This document shows, piece by piece, positions 1 through 20,290 of a stretch of 64,000 nt of DNA. Both the position numbers and the translations under genes were made by a program. This DNA is from the human T2T-CHM13v2.0 reference genome, Homo sapiens, in assembly GCF_009914755.1 (NCBI RefSeq), contig NC_060936.1; one strand, given 5' to 3'. The notes beneath the pieces are model-generated. The model was given only the letters and a program-made list of their open reading frames with translations. It had not been told where the DNA came from and ran no database searches. The first letter of the stretch is position 1; each line of letters opens with the position of its first letter.

Positions 1-3000
1 GGGAGCAGGTGAGGTGGCCGGTCAGATGAACGTGGGGGCTCCAATCCAGGGCTGCTGATGCCTTCACATCCTTTCTTCTCCAGCAATCTTGCCCTGGGTT
101 AGCAGAGAGGCCCTCCTAACCCCAGGCTGTGGTGTGAGCATGGTAACACCACTATTCAGAAGTTGGTCAGGGGCACTTCCACCTGGGTAAAAGTTGGGTT
201 TATTCTAGGTCCCTGGGAAGGGGGACAGTCTGGTCAGGGTCAGAGGCAGAGGGCAGGGGGAAGTTTGGGGCAAGTGGGGTAAATGACCCTGGAAGTGCCT
301 GGTGCTGCTGTGGGCAGGTTCTGGGGGTGTCTGAACAGATCCTTGTACAGAAGGGCCGATTACAGCTCCCCCATCAAGCCAGCTGGGAGTGAGGTAAATC
401 AGCCCCTGGGAACTGCAACTGCTGAGAACCCCAGAGCCACACTACGGGAGTTCCAGGGCCTCTCACAGCCCTGCCTAGAAAAACCTTGACCATTGGCCTA
501 CCCAGAGTGTCTAAGGGCAGGGGCAATTTCAGGCTGAACTACATGAGAGTGAGGAGACATGCAGACCACAGGTCCTAAGCAGCACCTGTCACTCAAGCCC
601 TGCAGGCAACAGCAGGAGCAGCAGAATGGGGTCTTCTCTCCTTTAAGACATCTATACATTAAAAAAAAAAAAGCATAGTGGATATTGGAGAATTCCCAGA
701 GTTCAAGGACCAGCATAAGGTTCACAGTGCTGTGCCTGACTGGGCTCTTCTCAGCAGCTGCTGGTGCTGGGTTTTAGAAATCAGTAATAACAGCAACAAT
801 AATTCACCTTAATAACAGCCTGGCCTCTTTCATCTGCCTAACTCCCAGAGCTGGGAAAATGGTAATGATTGAGCAGATGCCACACCCCAGTGGTGATGCA
901 TGATTAATCCAGGAACACTGGCTGGGAAACTGAGGCCCAAGGAGAAGGATTTCCCCTCACAGAGAACTACAGACACAGGCGCCGAGGGCTGCTGGGCGGT
1001 GGGGGGTGAGGGTGCCAGTTCCATATCTGCAGTGTTTTGGGAAGGTGCTGAAGACAGGGGTACTCGTTCCAGAGTCCTCCAGACTTGGGTTTGGGGAGAA
1101 GGTGAAGAAAGACCCAGATATGTGTCCCAAGCTCCCTCCTAGGCTGCAGCAGGGCCTGGTGAGTAGCCTTAGCTGGGAGTCAAGGCCTCTGTTCTTAAGC
1201 CCATGCCCCACCCTCCCAGAGTGTCACAAAGCAGGCTGACAGCTGCCTCAGGCACCTCCACATCTATACAGTGTGCCCAGGCACCACAGGGTAAGTGAGT
1301 GCTCAGCCCTCCGAACAGCCCCACGCCACAGGCACAGTCCATGAAGTGGGAGTGGGGAGCACCTTACAGCCAGGTAGGCAGATCAGATCAAGAAGAGTCA
1401 AGAAATGGGGAAGACTGCTTCTTGGGGACCCCAGCCCATCTCTGAAGCCCCCTTGCATCCTTGGTATTGATCCTAAAATAAAGAGATCCTTCCTACAGCA
1501 AGGCCTGTCTGGCCAGTGCCGTAGAAACCTGCAGAGGAGGTCCAGTTGGCGTCTGCCCTCCAAGAGGGCAGAGGACGGTGGGCAAAGCATCCTAAGAGAC
1601 CAACGACCTTTTCCCACTGTGTCCCCGGAGGGAACCAGTAGAGACTCAAACTAGGAGAGAAGGGTAAACAAAGATGGAGGCATTGCATATGCAGGTCCAT
1701 CCACGGCCTGCTGCGTGCCTGGTACTGTGACAGATGCCGGGACAGACAAAATCTAAGCTCCTGAGAAACCACAAGGGCCAAGACAGGCAGCAACCAATGA
1801 CCTTAGCCTCCAACCCTCCAGGTCAGTGTCTGGGGGAAAATATTATGGGTCTTGTTCTCAGGGATTTGAAGCTGTTTTTCCTCGGTATGTTACAAAGCTG
1901 ACCAGAGCCCCTGGAGGGTCCTGCGATAACACTCTGACTCTCCAAGGGCCCAGCTTTCTGCTATCTCAGGTTCAAGAACTGGCCCTCTCTGCCTTAAATC
2001 CAGCCAGGCTACCTCATGCATAAAACATTAACGCAGAATGGGACCATGTAAAACTACACAGCAGAATCAGGAGTCCTGCCTCTGACACTCACCACCGCAT
2101 GAATCACTTCCCCCTCTGGACTTCAGTTTCCCCATTTTTAACATGAGGGCGTTGGACTAGACTGTCTCTAGGATTCCTTCCAGCCTATGCTCTGTGTTGT
2201 TTTGATGTAGTGGCAGATCCCAGATTGATTTACATAAATTTGCATGTTCAATCAGAAATCCCAAACTCCAAGTATAGAAAATCCAATCAGTCCATTAATG
2301 CAGCCAGACTGGGGCTCGGGGAACCTGCCAGGTTCGGGTGAGGGTTGTCGAAGGAGACAGTGAGAGCGGTGGTGAACTGGGGGAGGGGGCTGAGAAGCAG
2401 GGGCTAGAAAGGGCACTTGTTTTGAGAGATGCAGCTCTGGTGACTCAGGCATGATGGGGTCAGGGACCCCACTTCGGCTGTCAGGCAAGGGCCCTTTCTC
2501 TTCCTCCTTCTAACGGGGCCTCTGGCTGGCCAGCCTCAGAGCCACACCCCAAGAGGGAACAGCAGCTTCTGCCTAGTAACAGCTGCATCCTTCAGTCTGA
2601 CAGTGACTCCAGCATTAGCCACTTTCTGGGAAACTGACCTCCCTGGGAGCTTCCATTATCCATTCCAACGGCTCACAGCGGTAAGGAAGGCTTCCTTGGG
2701 ATTTAACCTAAACACCTCCCGCTGCAGCTTCACCTTCACAGGCAGCAGGGCCCAGGGCAGAGGGCTTCCCAGGCCCAGGAGAGCCAGCAGAGGGAAAAGT
2801 AACCCAGGGAGAATGTGCCCCTACATGAGCAAACCCAGGGCTTCCTTAACCACCACCTCTCCTTCAACATTCCCCTTCACCTGGGAGACCGAGGATGAAA
2901 ACAAACAAGAAGAACTTCAAGACCTCTGGCTCTTGGGCTGGAAAGCAAGTCCCAACCTGGAGAGCCCAACTCCTGAGAAGTCCTACCCTGGGGAGGGAAG

Positions 3001-4499
3001 GGGCTGGGAAAGGTGGGGTGGGGGCAGCTTCTCCTCACTGCTGCCACTGGCTGGTATAGCAGGGCCTGGGAGGCTGGCTGGGCTGGATGAGGGCGGTGGG
3101 GAAGAATCCTTAGCCCCTTGCCTGGGACCTGGGGGTGTGAGTACAGCAGTGAGGTGGGCAGGGCTGGGGGTGGGATGGGCAAAAGCAGTGGGGCCCTCCT
3201 TGCCCTCCTCCTATAAGAGGGCGGGTGGGTGAGTATGTTGTGCTCCCTGGCCCAGATCCTAAAACAAGTCCCAACAGCTGAGACGTAAACTGTCTCCTGG
3301 GAATCTGCTTACCCTGCTGGCCCTTGGCTGCCTCCTCCTCTCTCAGCTCCTCTTCAAAGGGCCAGGATGTCTCACCACAGGCGTGATGGGTGGGCCAAAC
3401 CCAAGCCAGCAGGAGCAGGAGTTCATATCCCAAGGCACCAGGGGTGTGTGGGACAAGGTCTACTCTCAGGCTTAGAATAAGGGAATCTGTTCTCTCTACC
3501 CAGGGTTCTAATCCTAACTAATTGCAATTTAAAGCACACCCAACACTTTAGCTCCCTCTAAATGGAACCATTCTGCCAGAGGACCTTTCTCCCCTATAGA
3601 TTCACCCATCAGTGGAACCATTCAATGTCAAAAAGTGGAAGGGAATATTAGAGCTATCTAGTCCAACTACTGACATTTAAAGATGGGGAAACTGAGCCCC
3701 AGAGAGCAAACTGTCTTGGCCAAGGTCATACAGCAAGCTAGGAAAAGTAGGGACCAGAGCTTCTGACTCTGTCTTTATTGATACCCGCTTGCTCCCCAAA
3801 CACTTAGGTCTTCACCGGCCTATCATGAAGATCCTTCTTCCCTGCCAACCACAGCACCTGCCCCTCCAGGTCCTCACTCTCTTCGTGAGGGCCAGAGCTG
3901 GAGAAAGATGCTGGAGGGACAAAGCCACCTCATGCACAGACCATAGACTTTGAAAACAAGCTTGAACATGGGAATATCTCCCCGGAAAGGAATACACACG
4001 GTTTCTTTGGGATAGGAAACCCACTAATCCCAGGTTGTTTTTAGGAAGATGGGGGGACCAATTTGAGAAGTGAATTTTCCTATCACACAAGGAGTCTCAG
4101 AGAGCCAGATGGCGTAATGTCTGCAAGGGAGGGTCTGCAACAAGGCAAATGGGCTATGTTCATTTTCCCCGAAAGTACTGACCACAAAACGGTAAGGCAT
4201 TGACACTCTTTCTACTGCTCCCCAGGCCACCCCTGCCCGGGCCACTTCCTCTGGCTGACCATTGTGCTTAAGAAGGAGGACCCATGACAGACGCGGAGAA
4301 GTGGGAGGGAGGGATTGCCTCTACAGCCAGAGAACTCCTTAGCCCAAGACCCCCAGCTCCTCAGCAAGGCAGGCCTTTAAGAAGTAGCAGCTGGACAGAC
4401 TAAGTGGACTCAGCTGATCCAGCCCTGGGATGCCTGGAAAACCAGGCCTGTGGGAGGTGAGGGCCCTCTGTGCCCTTGGGGCCGTGCCAGGACTGGAGA

Positions 4500-5850
4500 T
4501 AACGCGGGACCTTGGGCCCAGGACAGGGAGAGGGGAGCTAGGATCCGGGCAGCCGCTTTCTTAGTTGGGCTAAGCCAGGGAAGCGTCGGGCACAGATGAA
4601 TTCTCTGCATTCTTCTGGCACCGCAGCCAGCACCCAGAGGGCCTTTTCTGCAGACGCTGCCCTGTCCCTGCTCCCTGCCCAACCAACCCTTCTCCCTCCC
4701 TTAGCTTCTCTTCAGCGTGCAGCCCACCAGGTCCTTCCTCCTTCCCGCAGCCCCTCAAAGCCTTTGAAGGGGCTGTTCTCTAGGAGACCCGGTCTTTCCG
4801 CCTCTCCCCGCCTTCCCCAGGCCCTACCGCCCCAGGCCACGGGGAATGGGAAGGAGTGCGAAAGGGAGCCCCAGGCTCGTCTCCGCGCCTGCGCTTTGGG
4901 GAGAGAGCCCCTCCCCCCGCAATAACCCGGCACCGCTAAGCGGCACCCGGACGGTGGGATGCGGGTTGGGTGGGGTGAGCAGCTGGGGCAAGGTCAGTGC
5001 TTTCAAAGAGGGAGGGGAGCCCGGCCCCCGGAACATCCCCCACTCCCGAAAGTTTCCCTTCCGGGGCCACGGAGTGTGCGCGAGGATGGCGCGGGGGGCG
5101 GGAGGGGGTGGGGTGGGGGTGCACAGAGTCGCAGCCGGACCCCCGAGGAGGGTGCGGCTGGAGGGAGGGACGGAGGGGCGGGCAGCAGGGTTTGGGCAGG
5201 AAGCCGCGACGCCCTCTCCGACTCTGTACTGCCACGAGAGCCTTACCCTCCACACCCCACTCCCCCCGGCCCGGAGCTACAGATCGCCCCCCCGCACTCG
5301 CCGCCCTTTCAATCCCAAGTAGACCCAGAACTCACCGAAATCAGGTGTTGAGCTGGGCCAGGGCAGGCCGGATCCGCCAGGTCCATGGCCGCGGCTTGGG
5401 GGCGGGGGGCAGAGAAAGGGGGGTGCCGGAGCCGCCTCCTGATGTCAAGGCTTTAAAGGGGCCGGGGAGCCCCGCCCCTGGCCCTGACCCCGCCTCCCTC
5501 CTCCCTAGCAGCCAATCCACGTTCAGCCTGGATGCGCGCCCCTCCCAGCCCCCTCCAGATGTTCCCAGGACGCGAGCTAAGTCTGCCCGGCCGGCGCGCG
5601 CCGCTTCCGCTTTGGTGGGAAGGACCTCCCTTCCCCCTTATAGAAACACTTTCTCCAGGCCGGGCCGGGCTTGGTAAACCTCAGCCGTGCCTGGGTAGAG
5701 GACGCCGGGCTGGGCCGAGCGGGGGTGGAATGAGGGCGTCTAGAACAGAGAAAACTAAGTAGGTGCGCGCGGGCCCACAGGCATGCGCGTTTGCTTCTGT
5801 GGGGCTGGGCGTGCACGTGTATGTGTGGTTGTGAGCGTCGGTGTTTGTAA
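4500..5850. promoter_or_regulatory. Bidirectional CpG-island promoter (NCKAP5L minus / BCDIN3D-AS1 plus)
   Basis: High GC and CpG density. GC boxes at ~5398-5409, ~5470-5478 and ~5488-5497, CCAAT at 5512-5516, NRF1-like GCATGCGC at ~5781-5788, CACGTG at ~5814-5819, and G4-like G-runs at ~5094-5119. Confidence 0.85.
5336..5425 (-). other. NCKAP5L: First (5'UTR) exon of NCKAP5L; its intron 1 fills 1-5335
   Basis: Consensus donor TCG|GTGAGT on the minus strand (plus actcac 5330-5335) inside a CpG island. Identity comes from recalled gene order next to BCDIN3D; no NCKAP5L coding exon is visible. The 5' boundary is approximate. Confidence 0.65.
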
Positions 5851-6798
5851 TTTGCTTTTCTGCATACGTGTTGGGTGTAAATCCATGGGGGAAAGGCTTG
5901 AGTGCCTCTTTGGCCTTAAATGCTCCCGCCTCTCTCTTCCTTCTCCAGGATGGGGTCGTCCCCCCAGTAATCTGGAAAACAGTTACAGCAACAGGCTCCT
6001 CTCATCAGACGGCAGTGCTGGTCGTTTCCTCACTGGTTTGCGGGGAAGGCTGGGCAGAAAAAGGATGCAACCTTGTTCTCAACCACTTGCTATCTCGGTG
6101 AGGATGAGGAAAAGCAAACAGCCCATCCAGGCCCCTGCAGAGCCTCAGAGCTTCAATATCATTCCCATTAGTCCTTAATTAAACACCTATTTGCCCTTGC
6201 CTAAATACCGTATAACCCTCACAGCCTGCATTGTAGTGACTGCTCCAGAAATGTAGGTTCTCACCTGGGTTCTGCAGGGAAATACGAAGGAATCCCTAGG
6301 TACAGTCTCCGCCTACTTCATTAAAATTTCTTTTGTTGCGAGTATACAAAGGATGCAGCTTAGAGTATCATATTAGTCCAATAAAGGAACATAAAAAGTA
6401 AGGCAAGTTAGGGTGCTCAGATTGGCTAGGATTAAGAGTTCTTTTCTGAAGGAGGTTTATTTAAATACGGAATTTGAAGGGCAGAGAGAGCTTGAGTAGG
6501 GTCCAGGCAGGGTAAAGGCCACAAGGAGATTCAGATAGGAAAGAGCAAATTATCTGCGTGGGACCGTGAGCAGATCACCGTGGTACGTTGGGAAGTGGGA
6601 GAAATTAATGGAGGAGGTTTCTTATGGAGGAGAGCAGAATAAGGATATGGATGTGACAAGACATAAGATAAAGAAGTCATTTTGGGTTCTTGAGCATAGA
6701 GGTAGTTTGATGAAAAGAGTGCCCAAGGACAGCTATTACTGGAACCTAAAAGATGTCTTGATGGGTACCCCCACCAGCTTTCTCATTTTTTTGCTTAA

Positions 6799-9239
<2,441 letters not shown>

Positions 9240-10364
9240 TCAAAACATTTTTGTAATCTGGCTGTTTTCCAGTTGGATGGACTCTGAGTGCAATCTCAAT
9301 GTCTTTCCTGATCAGTAAGAGGAAGAAAGGAGCTGTTGTATAATCTTTGGTCCACTTGCTATATAGGAATAGATCTTTACTGCTACATATACATAATTCT
9401 GTACGGAACAGTCATGTTCCTTGGATTCTGACAGCATCGCCAATATGTGCTTTGAAACCTCCTACCTGGCACAGATATGATGAATCTACTCATATCCTTG
9501 AACCTCTTTTTCATCACTTTTCATCATTCAAACATTTTTATTGAATCTATATGCTAAGCTCTGTATATAAAGTATTAGATAACTTGTACAGAGTTCATGT
9601 GGGGTATGATAAACAATGAGACTGGAAAGGTAAGCAGTGGGTAGATCATCCTTTATCCTAAGAGCAGTGTAGCCTTTGAATGGTTTTAAGCAGGAGAATA
9701 GCATAATCAGATTTGCATTTTAGATCCATGTGGTTGCAGTGAGGAGGATAGAGAGAGCAAGACTGAAGTCAGGGGGGCCAGGCAAGGTTTTTGTAGTACC
9801 TGAGGAGAAAAACGAGAAATGATGTGGTCTGGACTAGGAAAGTGATAGTGGTGATGGAGAGGACGTAGAAATGCCCAGGGGGCATCCAAGTAGAAACATC
9901 TCTCCAACTCGTCAGAACTTCCCAACTGTGTGCCTCAGGAAGAGTTTACGGTGGTGCTGCATAATGGGCTTCACAATTCTCAGGGCAGCACAAGCTTCCT
10001 GAGTCAGAGAGCAATCTTGGTTATGCCAGATTGCATCATCCAGCATATAAAACACCATCATTTACTATGTGTGTACTGACATGGAAAAGGTTGGGAAGCA
10101 CTGATGTAGGCTGTGGGATAAATAATTCTGAAGCTCAGGAGAGGAATCAGGATGATAGATAAGAGATTTGTGAGTCCTCAGAACGTTGGTGGTTACTGAA
10201 GTCATGGAGTTGAGGAGATCATGCAAGGAGAGAAAAGAAAGGCAGGAACAGAACCCCAAGGAACATCAACATTAGAGGGGGGTCTCCAGAGAGGGAGAAA
10301 GAAAACTGAATGAATGCTGTCACCAGAACCCAAGAAAGGGATTTCCAAAAAAAAAGACCAAATA

Positions 10365-10711
10365 CAGTCGGTCCTTCTTATTGGTGGCTTCCACATCCAT
10401 GCACTCAATCAATCTCAGATCAGAAAAAATAAAAGAATAAAAACTACATCTCTCTGAAGACTAGATCAGAAAAAAAAATAACTACAGCAATAAAAATACA
10501 AAATTTTAAAAATTTAGTGTTAACTATTTACATAGTATTTACATGATATTACATATTATAAGTAATCTAGAGATGATTTAAAGTATATAGGAGAATACCC
10601 CTAGGTCATTTGCAAATACTATACTATTTTATGTAAGGGACTTAAGCATCCTTTGATTTTTGTATCCTTGTGGGTCCTGGAACCAATTCCCCATGAATAG
10701 GAAGGGATGAT
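10365..10711. mobile_element. MER2-like (TcMar-Tigger) DNA transposon interrupting an L2-like fragment (~9590-10800)
   Basis: Characteristic core aagtaatctagagatgatttaaagtata...gggacttaagcatcc...ggtcctggaaccaattcccc. Confidence 0.7.
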
Positions 10712-10809
10712 TTTTTGGCCCCGATGTTGCTGAGTCAAGTTGGATCAGGACAGAGACATCCCCACTGACTCTGGCCACATGTCATTGGAGACTTTGATAA
10801 AACCAGACT

Positions 10810-12872
<2,063 letters not shown>

Positions 12873-13009
12873 AATTTCTTAATTAGCCATGTTGGACAAA
12901 GCCCTTGTGTATCCTTCTGCTCACTGAGGTTATTTTCTGTTAACAAGGAGTTATCTGGGAAAGGTGCCACTTGGCTTTTGTAAGCCAGTCTCACTGTAGT
13001 CAGAGCCCA

Positions 13010-13435
13010 TGTATTAGTTTTATAGTGCTGCTGTAAGAAATCACCACAAACCTTAGTGGTTTAAAATACTGATTTATTCTCTTACAGCTCTGGAGATTAA
13101 ATCTGAAATCAAGGTGTTGGCAGGGCTGTTCCTTCTGGAGGCTTCAGGGGAGAATACATTTTCTTGCTTTTTCTAACTTCTAGAAGCCACCTGCATTCCT
13201 TGACTTGCAGCCCTTCTTCATATCACTCCAACCTCTTGCTTTTGTCATTACATCTCCTACTGTGGTCAGCTCTCCCTCTGCCTCCCTATTATAAGAACAC
13301 TGATGATTGCACTTAGGGTATATTCTGATCATCCAGATTAATCTCCCTATCTGAAGATCCTCAATCTCATTTGCAAAGCCCCTTTTGCTAAAGGAGGTGG
13401 ACATCTTGGGGGACCATTATTCATCCTACCACAGC
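13010..13435 (-). mobile_element. MLT1-family (ERVL-MaLR) solo LTR
   Basis: Typical reverse-strand MLT1 sequence tgtattagttt...caccacaaac...tttattctcttacagctctggag...aaggtgttggcagggc...attattcatcctaccaca. Confidence 0.75.
13073..13078 (-). terminator. AATAAA poly(A) signal, probable distal 3' end of BCDIN3D (cleavage ~13055)
   Basis: Plus-strand tttatt at 13073-13078, ~2.3 kb past the BCDIN3D stop. Consistent with the recalled transcript extent. Confidence 0.6.
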
Positions 13436-14162
13436 CCCATGTATGTTTCTGTGCGCTGCCTTGGTGGAGTGAGAGGAGAGAGCACCCAGCAGGGTTACAG
13501 GGTTTCAAAGTGTTCCTAAATTAAGATCTTGTGGGTAAACTCAGCTCTGTATCTACTGTGATAACTGAGACCATCATAAACTAGCCTCATTTCCATTAGT
13601 TCCATATCCCTCCCTCCCAACACTGCTTCCTTTAAAATGCTCTGTAGCACTGAAGCTGGACTCCTTATTACTTCATCATCCTGAAAAACAAGTTATCAGA
13701 GATAGTAAGATGCATGTTTTCTACAAGGTGAGATGTTTTTCTCATAAGCCTCCAGTCTAACAAGTGCAGTTGTGGTCTGCGGCATGCTCACACAGTGTAA
13801 TAGCACCTTATTTTTCTTTATCACTCTATATTCTGCAAAATACCTTCACATCCTTAGCTCATTTGGGCATAGGAAAAGGAAAGTGGTGTTATTTCGTTGT
13901 ACAGATGAGTAAACTGTGGCTGTAAGGCAGACAATGGATGGAAGGTAGATGACTTTAATATAGGAACCTCCCACCAGGCACCGGACACATGTATGGAATG
14001 AAACTTACATGTAATTGATAGAATTTGCTGCTGGACTTTGAGAGCATTTCAATGTGGGGGAGTGTAAGTGAGAAAATCAACTGAGGTTTCTAGCATAAGC
14101 AATGATTACTATCAAATGAGATAGGACTAGGTTTTGAATGAGGGTAGTGAGCTTGCTTTTGA

Positions 14163-14598
<436 letters not shown>

Positions 14599-15382
14599 GC
14601 ATGTAGGTAGTTGTTAAAACCATAGGGAAGAACTCACCCCAGGAAAAATACATAGAGAAGGACTGAATGGAACCGTAAGCACTCAAAGTATGGTCTACCT
14701 CTGCTTGCCTCAGAATCATCTGGGGGAGCTGTTAAAAATAGATGCCTCATTGTGAAATGTACTTAATATCACAAAATTGTATACTTTTAAAAAAATTATC
14801 AATTTATCTTTTAATTTTTTAATCCAATTTTTGATGGGATTTCCACGTTCTGAAAAACTGTACTTAAAAACGGTTAAAATGGTAAATTTTATGTATATAT
14901 TACAATAGAAGAATGCAAAAACAAACAAACAAAAAAACAGAAAATAGATTCCTAAGCCCCATTCCAGACCTGAATTACTAAGGTTTTGCCCAAAGGCAGG
15001 CCTAGCAAGTCCAGAAGCCTGAAGAAACCAGGTAGGATTCAGAGAGCCCAGGAACTGACATATTTTAAGACTAGCCTAGTCTGATCTTTATAAATAATCC
15101 CCAAAAGCAGCCCTCTCCATAACCCATAACCAGGACCACTTTTCCTAGGCCATCTCAATCCAGATATCCTAGCTCATCACTCCACAGATTCATTCTCCTC
15201 AAGATTTGTTCCAAACAATGGGGAACAGATACTGATTCTTTCAATTATGTGCCTTGGACATTTTACCAAAAGCTCCTGCCAGGTTTTGCGGCTGCCTGAT
15301 TGTTAAGGAATTAAGGAGAATGAACATAATTCTCAATATAAAACCCTTTCAATATCTTTCTTGGTCTTCTTGCCCTCCCATC

Positions 15383-16027
15383 TCACTGCTTCTGGAAACT
15401 TAATCTGTTCTTTTCTTTCCCTTTTTCTATCAGTGATTCAGGGATTGGATGAGTCTCTATGGTTTGTTTTGCCCTGAAGAGCAGAAGGCTTCTGTCCCAA
15501 CTGGTGTTGCCAAAGCAACATATTAATTCCATGCCATGATCCTGGGTCAAGATCTGCACAATCTGATTGGGCATGTCACCTCGGATGGCAAGGGAGTGGA
15601 AGTGGTCAAAATCATGGAGTCCCAGCTTTCGGAGACGCCTTGCAGCTGCCCGGTAACACTTCCAGGGTTGGGGCTCCACAAGGAGGTAGTGGCAGAGGGA
15701 GGAAAGATGGGCCAGGAACTCCCATAGGCCATGGTCTCCATGATTCAGATGAATCCACATGGTTATTGACATGCAGAAGCCAATGTCAAAAACTGAACGT
15801 CCAAATTGGCTTAAGAAAGAGCTCAAGAGAACCTTCCGGGTCCTTTGATTCATGAAGTCCAGGGTGATAAAAGTCAAGGCATCAGGAAAAGGACATTCTT
15901 TTTCGGCTCGCTTCACCAGGACTGGATCTATGTCGCAGCAGAGGAGACGGAATTCTCTTGAGGCATCTGAGCAGGTTTCCCCGTCAGGTAGGGAGAGGAA
16001 GTGTTTGTATAGAGCCACACTCAGATC
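15383..16027 (-). CDS. BCDIN3D: BCDIN3D coding exon 2 (aa 79-292, DLSVALYKHF...RLSFQKQ*), Bin3-type SAM-dependent RNA 5'-monophosphate methyltransferase
   Basis: Acceptor ctag|GAT at 16027. 645 nt, phase 0. Bin3/MEPCE-like motifs CCDIDPVLV, SITMWIHLNHGDHGL, LLVEPQPWKCY. 78+214 = 292 aa. Confidence 0.98.
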   Translation of the reverse strand, partial: DLSVALYKHFLSLPDGETCSDASREFRLLCCDIDPVLVKRAEKECPFPDALTFITLDFMNQRTRKVLLSSFLSQFGRSVFDIGFCMSITMWIHLNHGDHGLWEFLAHLSSLCHYLLVEPQPWKCYRAAARRLRKLGLHDFDHFHSLAIRGDMPNQIVQILTQDHGMELICCFGNTSWDRSLLLFRAKQTIETHPIPESLIEKGKEKNRLSFQKQ

Positions 16028-16710
16028 CTAGAGGAATCCAAAACAGCTTTGTCACTGCAGTTCTCAATCAGTGAATGGAAGAGAAATCTGTATCATTCTC
16101 CCACTGAGAATGCCACTTACCTCTGGCTGTATAGGATGTGAGGTTCCTAAACCATAACCTAAAGAGGTTGTGCAAAAATTTTCTACAGAGTAGGCTCTCA
16201 GTGCCCTCCAGGGGTCACATGCTGTAATGCATCATCCCCATATTTTCCTGACACTGATGATAGATTGGGTTGTATAGCTGAAAGTTACAGCCAAATGGAT
16301 GCAGCAAAGGAACCTACAGCAGTATTTCCCAGCTTAAGTAATATGCTGATAAACTCACTCTTTTTCTGGGTATCTCAAGACCCCAGGGCGGAAGAAAGGG
16401 GTCCAGAGGCATAACCAGTGTCTCTTACCAGGAAAGTGAGGAATACAGCAAGCACAATCTTACAAAAACCTGCTTCTCAGACCCACGGTGGGGGAAGTCT
16501 GGATTCCAAAGTCCTCATTCAGCCTTCACTAAAGCTTCAATTTTACTGTCTTAGGATTCACCACCTCCTTCTGAGACATTCTGCTTCTATAACCATCATT
16601 GCTAAAAGTCACTGCTAACAACCTTCTAGACAAGTCCAATGATTTGTGATTTTTACCACATTAGCACCTTTTTTACTCTTAAGTCACCATCTCCTTTCTC
16701 TAACTTTGAA

Positions 16711-19390
<2,680 letters not shown>

Positions 19391-19859
19391 TACTCACTTT
19401 TTTTGAAATAAACATGCAGGTCCCAGGGTCTGTCCTGCACTGTATAGCACACATGAGTCTCAATATCAGGCATGATTCTGTCACCCTTGGCTCTTCTCTC
19501 CCAGTAAACCAAACCTAACCCCATGTTCCCAAACGTGTGTCTCTGGAAGCCCCCTCTCCCCAGCCAAAGCGCCAGGCACGCTGGACAGAGGCCACCCTAG
19601 ATACAAGGACCGTTCCCACCTGGGGTCTGGCCCTGAAAGAAAAGTGGGAACGTAGTCGACAAGGACTCCTCTCCAAGAGAGATTCCTAAGACAGATGGTG
19701 GAACCCTGGCGGGCAGGCAGCAGCGGCACTGGCTCAGTCAAAGCCACGCTTTATACTCGTTTTGGGAAAGTTTCGATGGGTGTTAGCCCAGGCCAGAACC
19801 ACAGTGGATGTGTAGGCAGCCAACCACTTGGCTCCGGATGCTCCAATCCCTCCCCTGTC

Positions 19860-20290
19860 ACTCACCCCGGAGTTACACCCCACGTCGAGCCCCAGAATCG
19901 GCCCGTTCTCGGGACTCTCAGGAAAGAGCTGTCGAAGCAGCTCCGGGGGCAGGAGGCGGAGCCGTTGCTCCGGAGGGTGGAAGCGAGAATAATGAGGAAA
20001 ATTTCCGAACGGGGCGGCGCCAGGTGCCAGAACTCGCGATTCCTCTTCCGCTGCGGTCTCCTTAACACTCCCTCCATCCAGTTCCGTGGGCACCGCCATT
20101 AGCCTCAACACAGCCTCTGGGCCGTGGCGGAACCGGAAGCCGGGAACCTGCTGTCGGCGTGGGCGGTGGCGGTGCCAGCGCGCGTGCGTCGAACGGCTAG
20201 GGCGGGTGGCTAGAATTCTGCGGTGAATCAGAAAAGCTGTCCTGATTTCCTCTCGCTGTATACCTGGAGCCGGCGAGCGCCTGGGGCTTG
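19860..20290 (-). promoter_or_regulatory. BCDIN3D CpG-island promoter
   Basis: CpG-rich. ETS motif ACCGGAAG at 20132-20139, second GGAA core at ~20129-20132, GCGCGCGTGCG at ~20178-20188. No TATA box seen. Confidence 0.8.
19866..20099 (-). CDS. BCDIN3D: BCDIN3D coding exon 1 (MAVPTELDGG...LDVGCNSG, 78 aa)
   Basis: ATG at 20099-20097 and donor GGG|GTGAGT at 19866/19865. Contains FGNFPHYSRFHP and SAM-binding motif I LDVGCNSG; splices in frame to exon 2. Confidence 0.98.

Noticed and set aside
4410-6178. Overlapping Pro/Gly/Arg-rich ORFs up to 226 aa
   Set aside because: Expected in a GC-rich CpG island with few stops; no recognisable domain.
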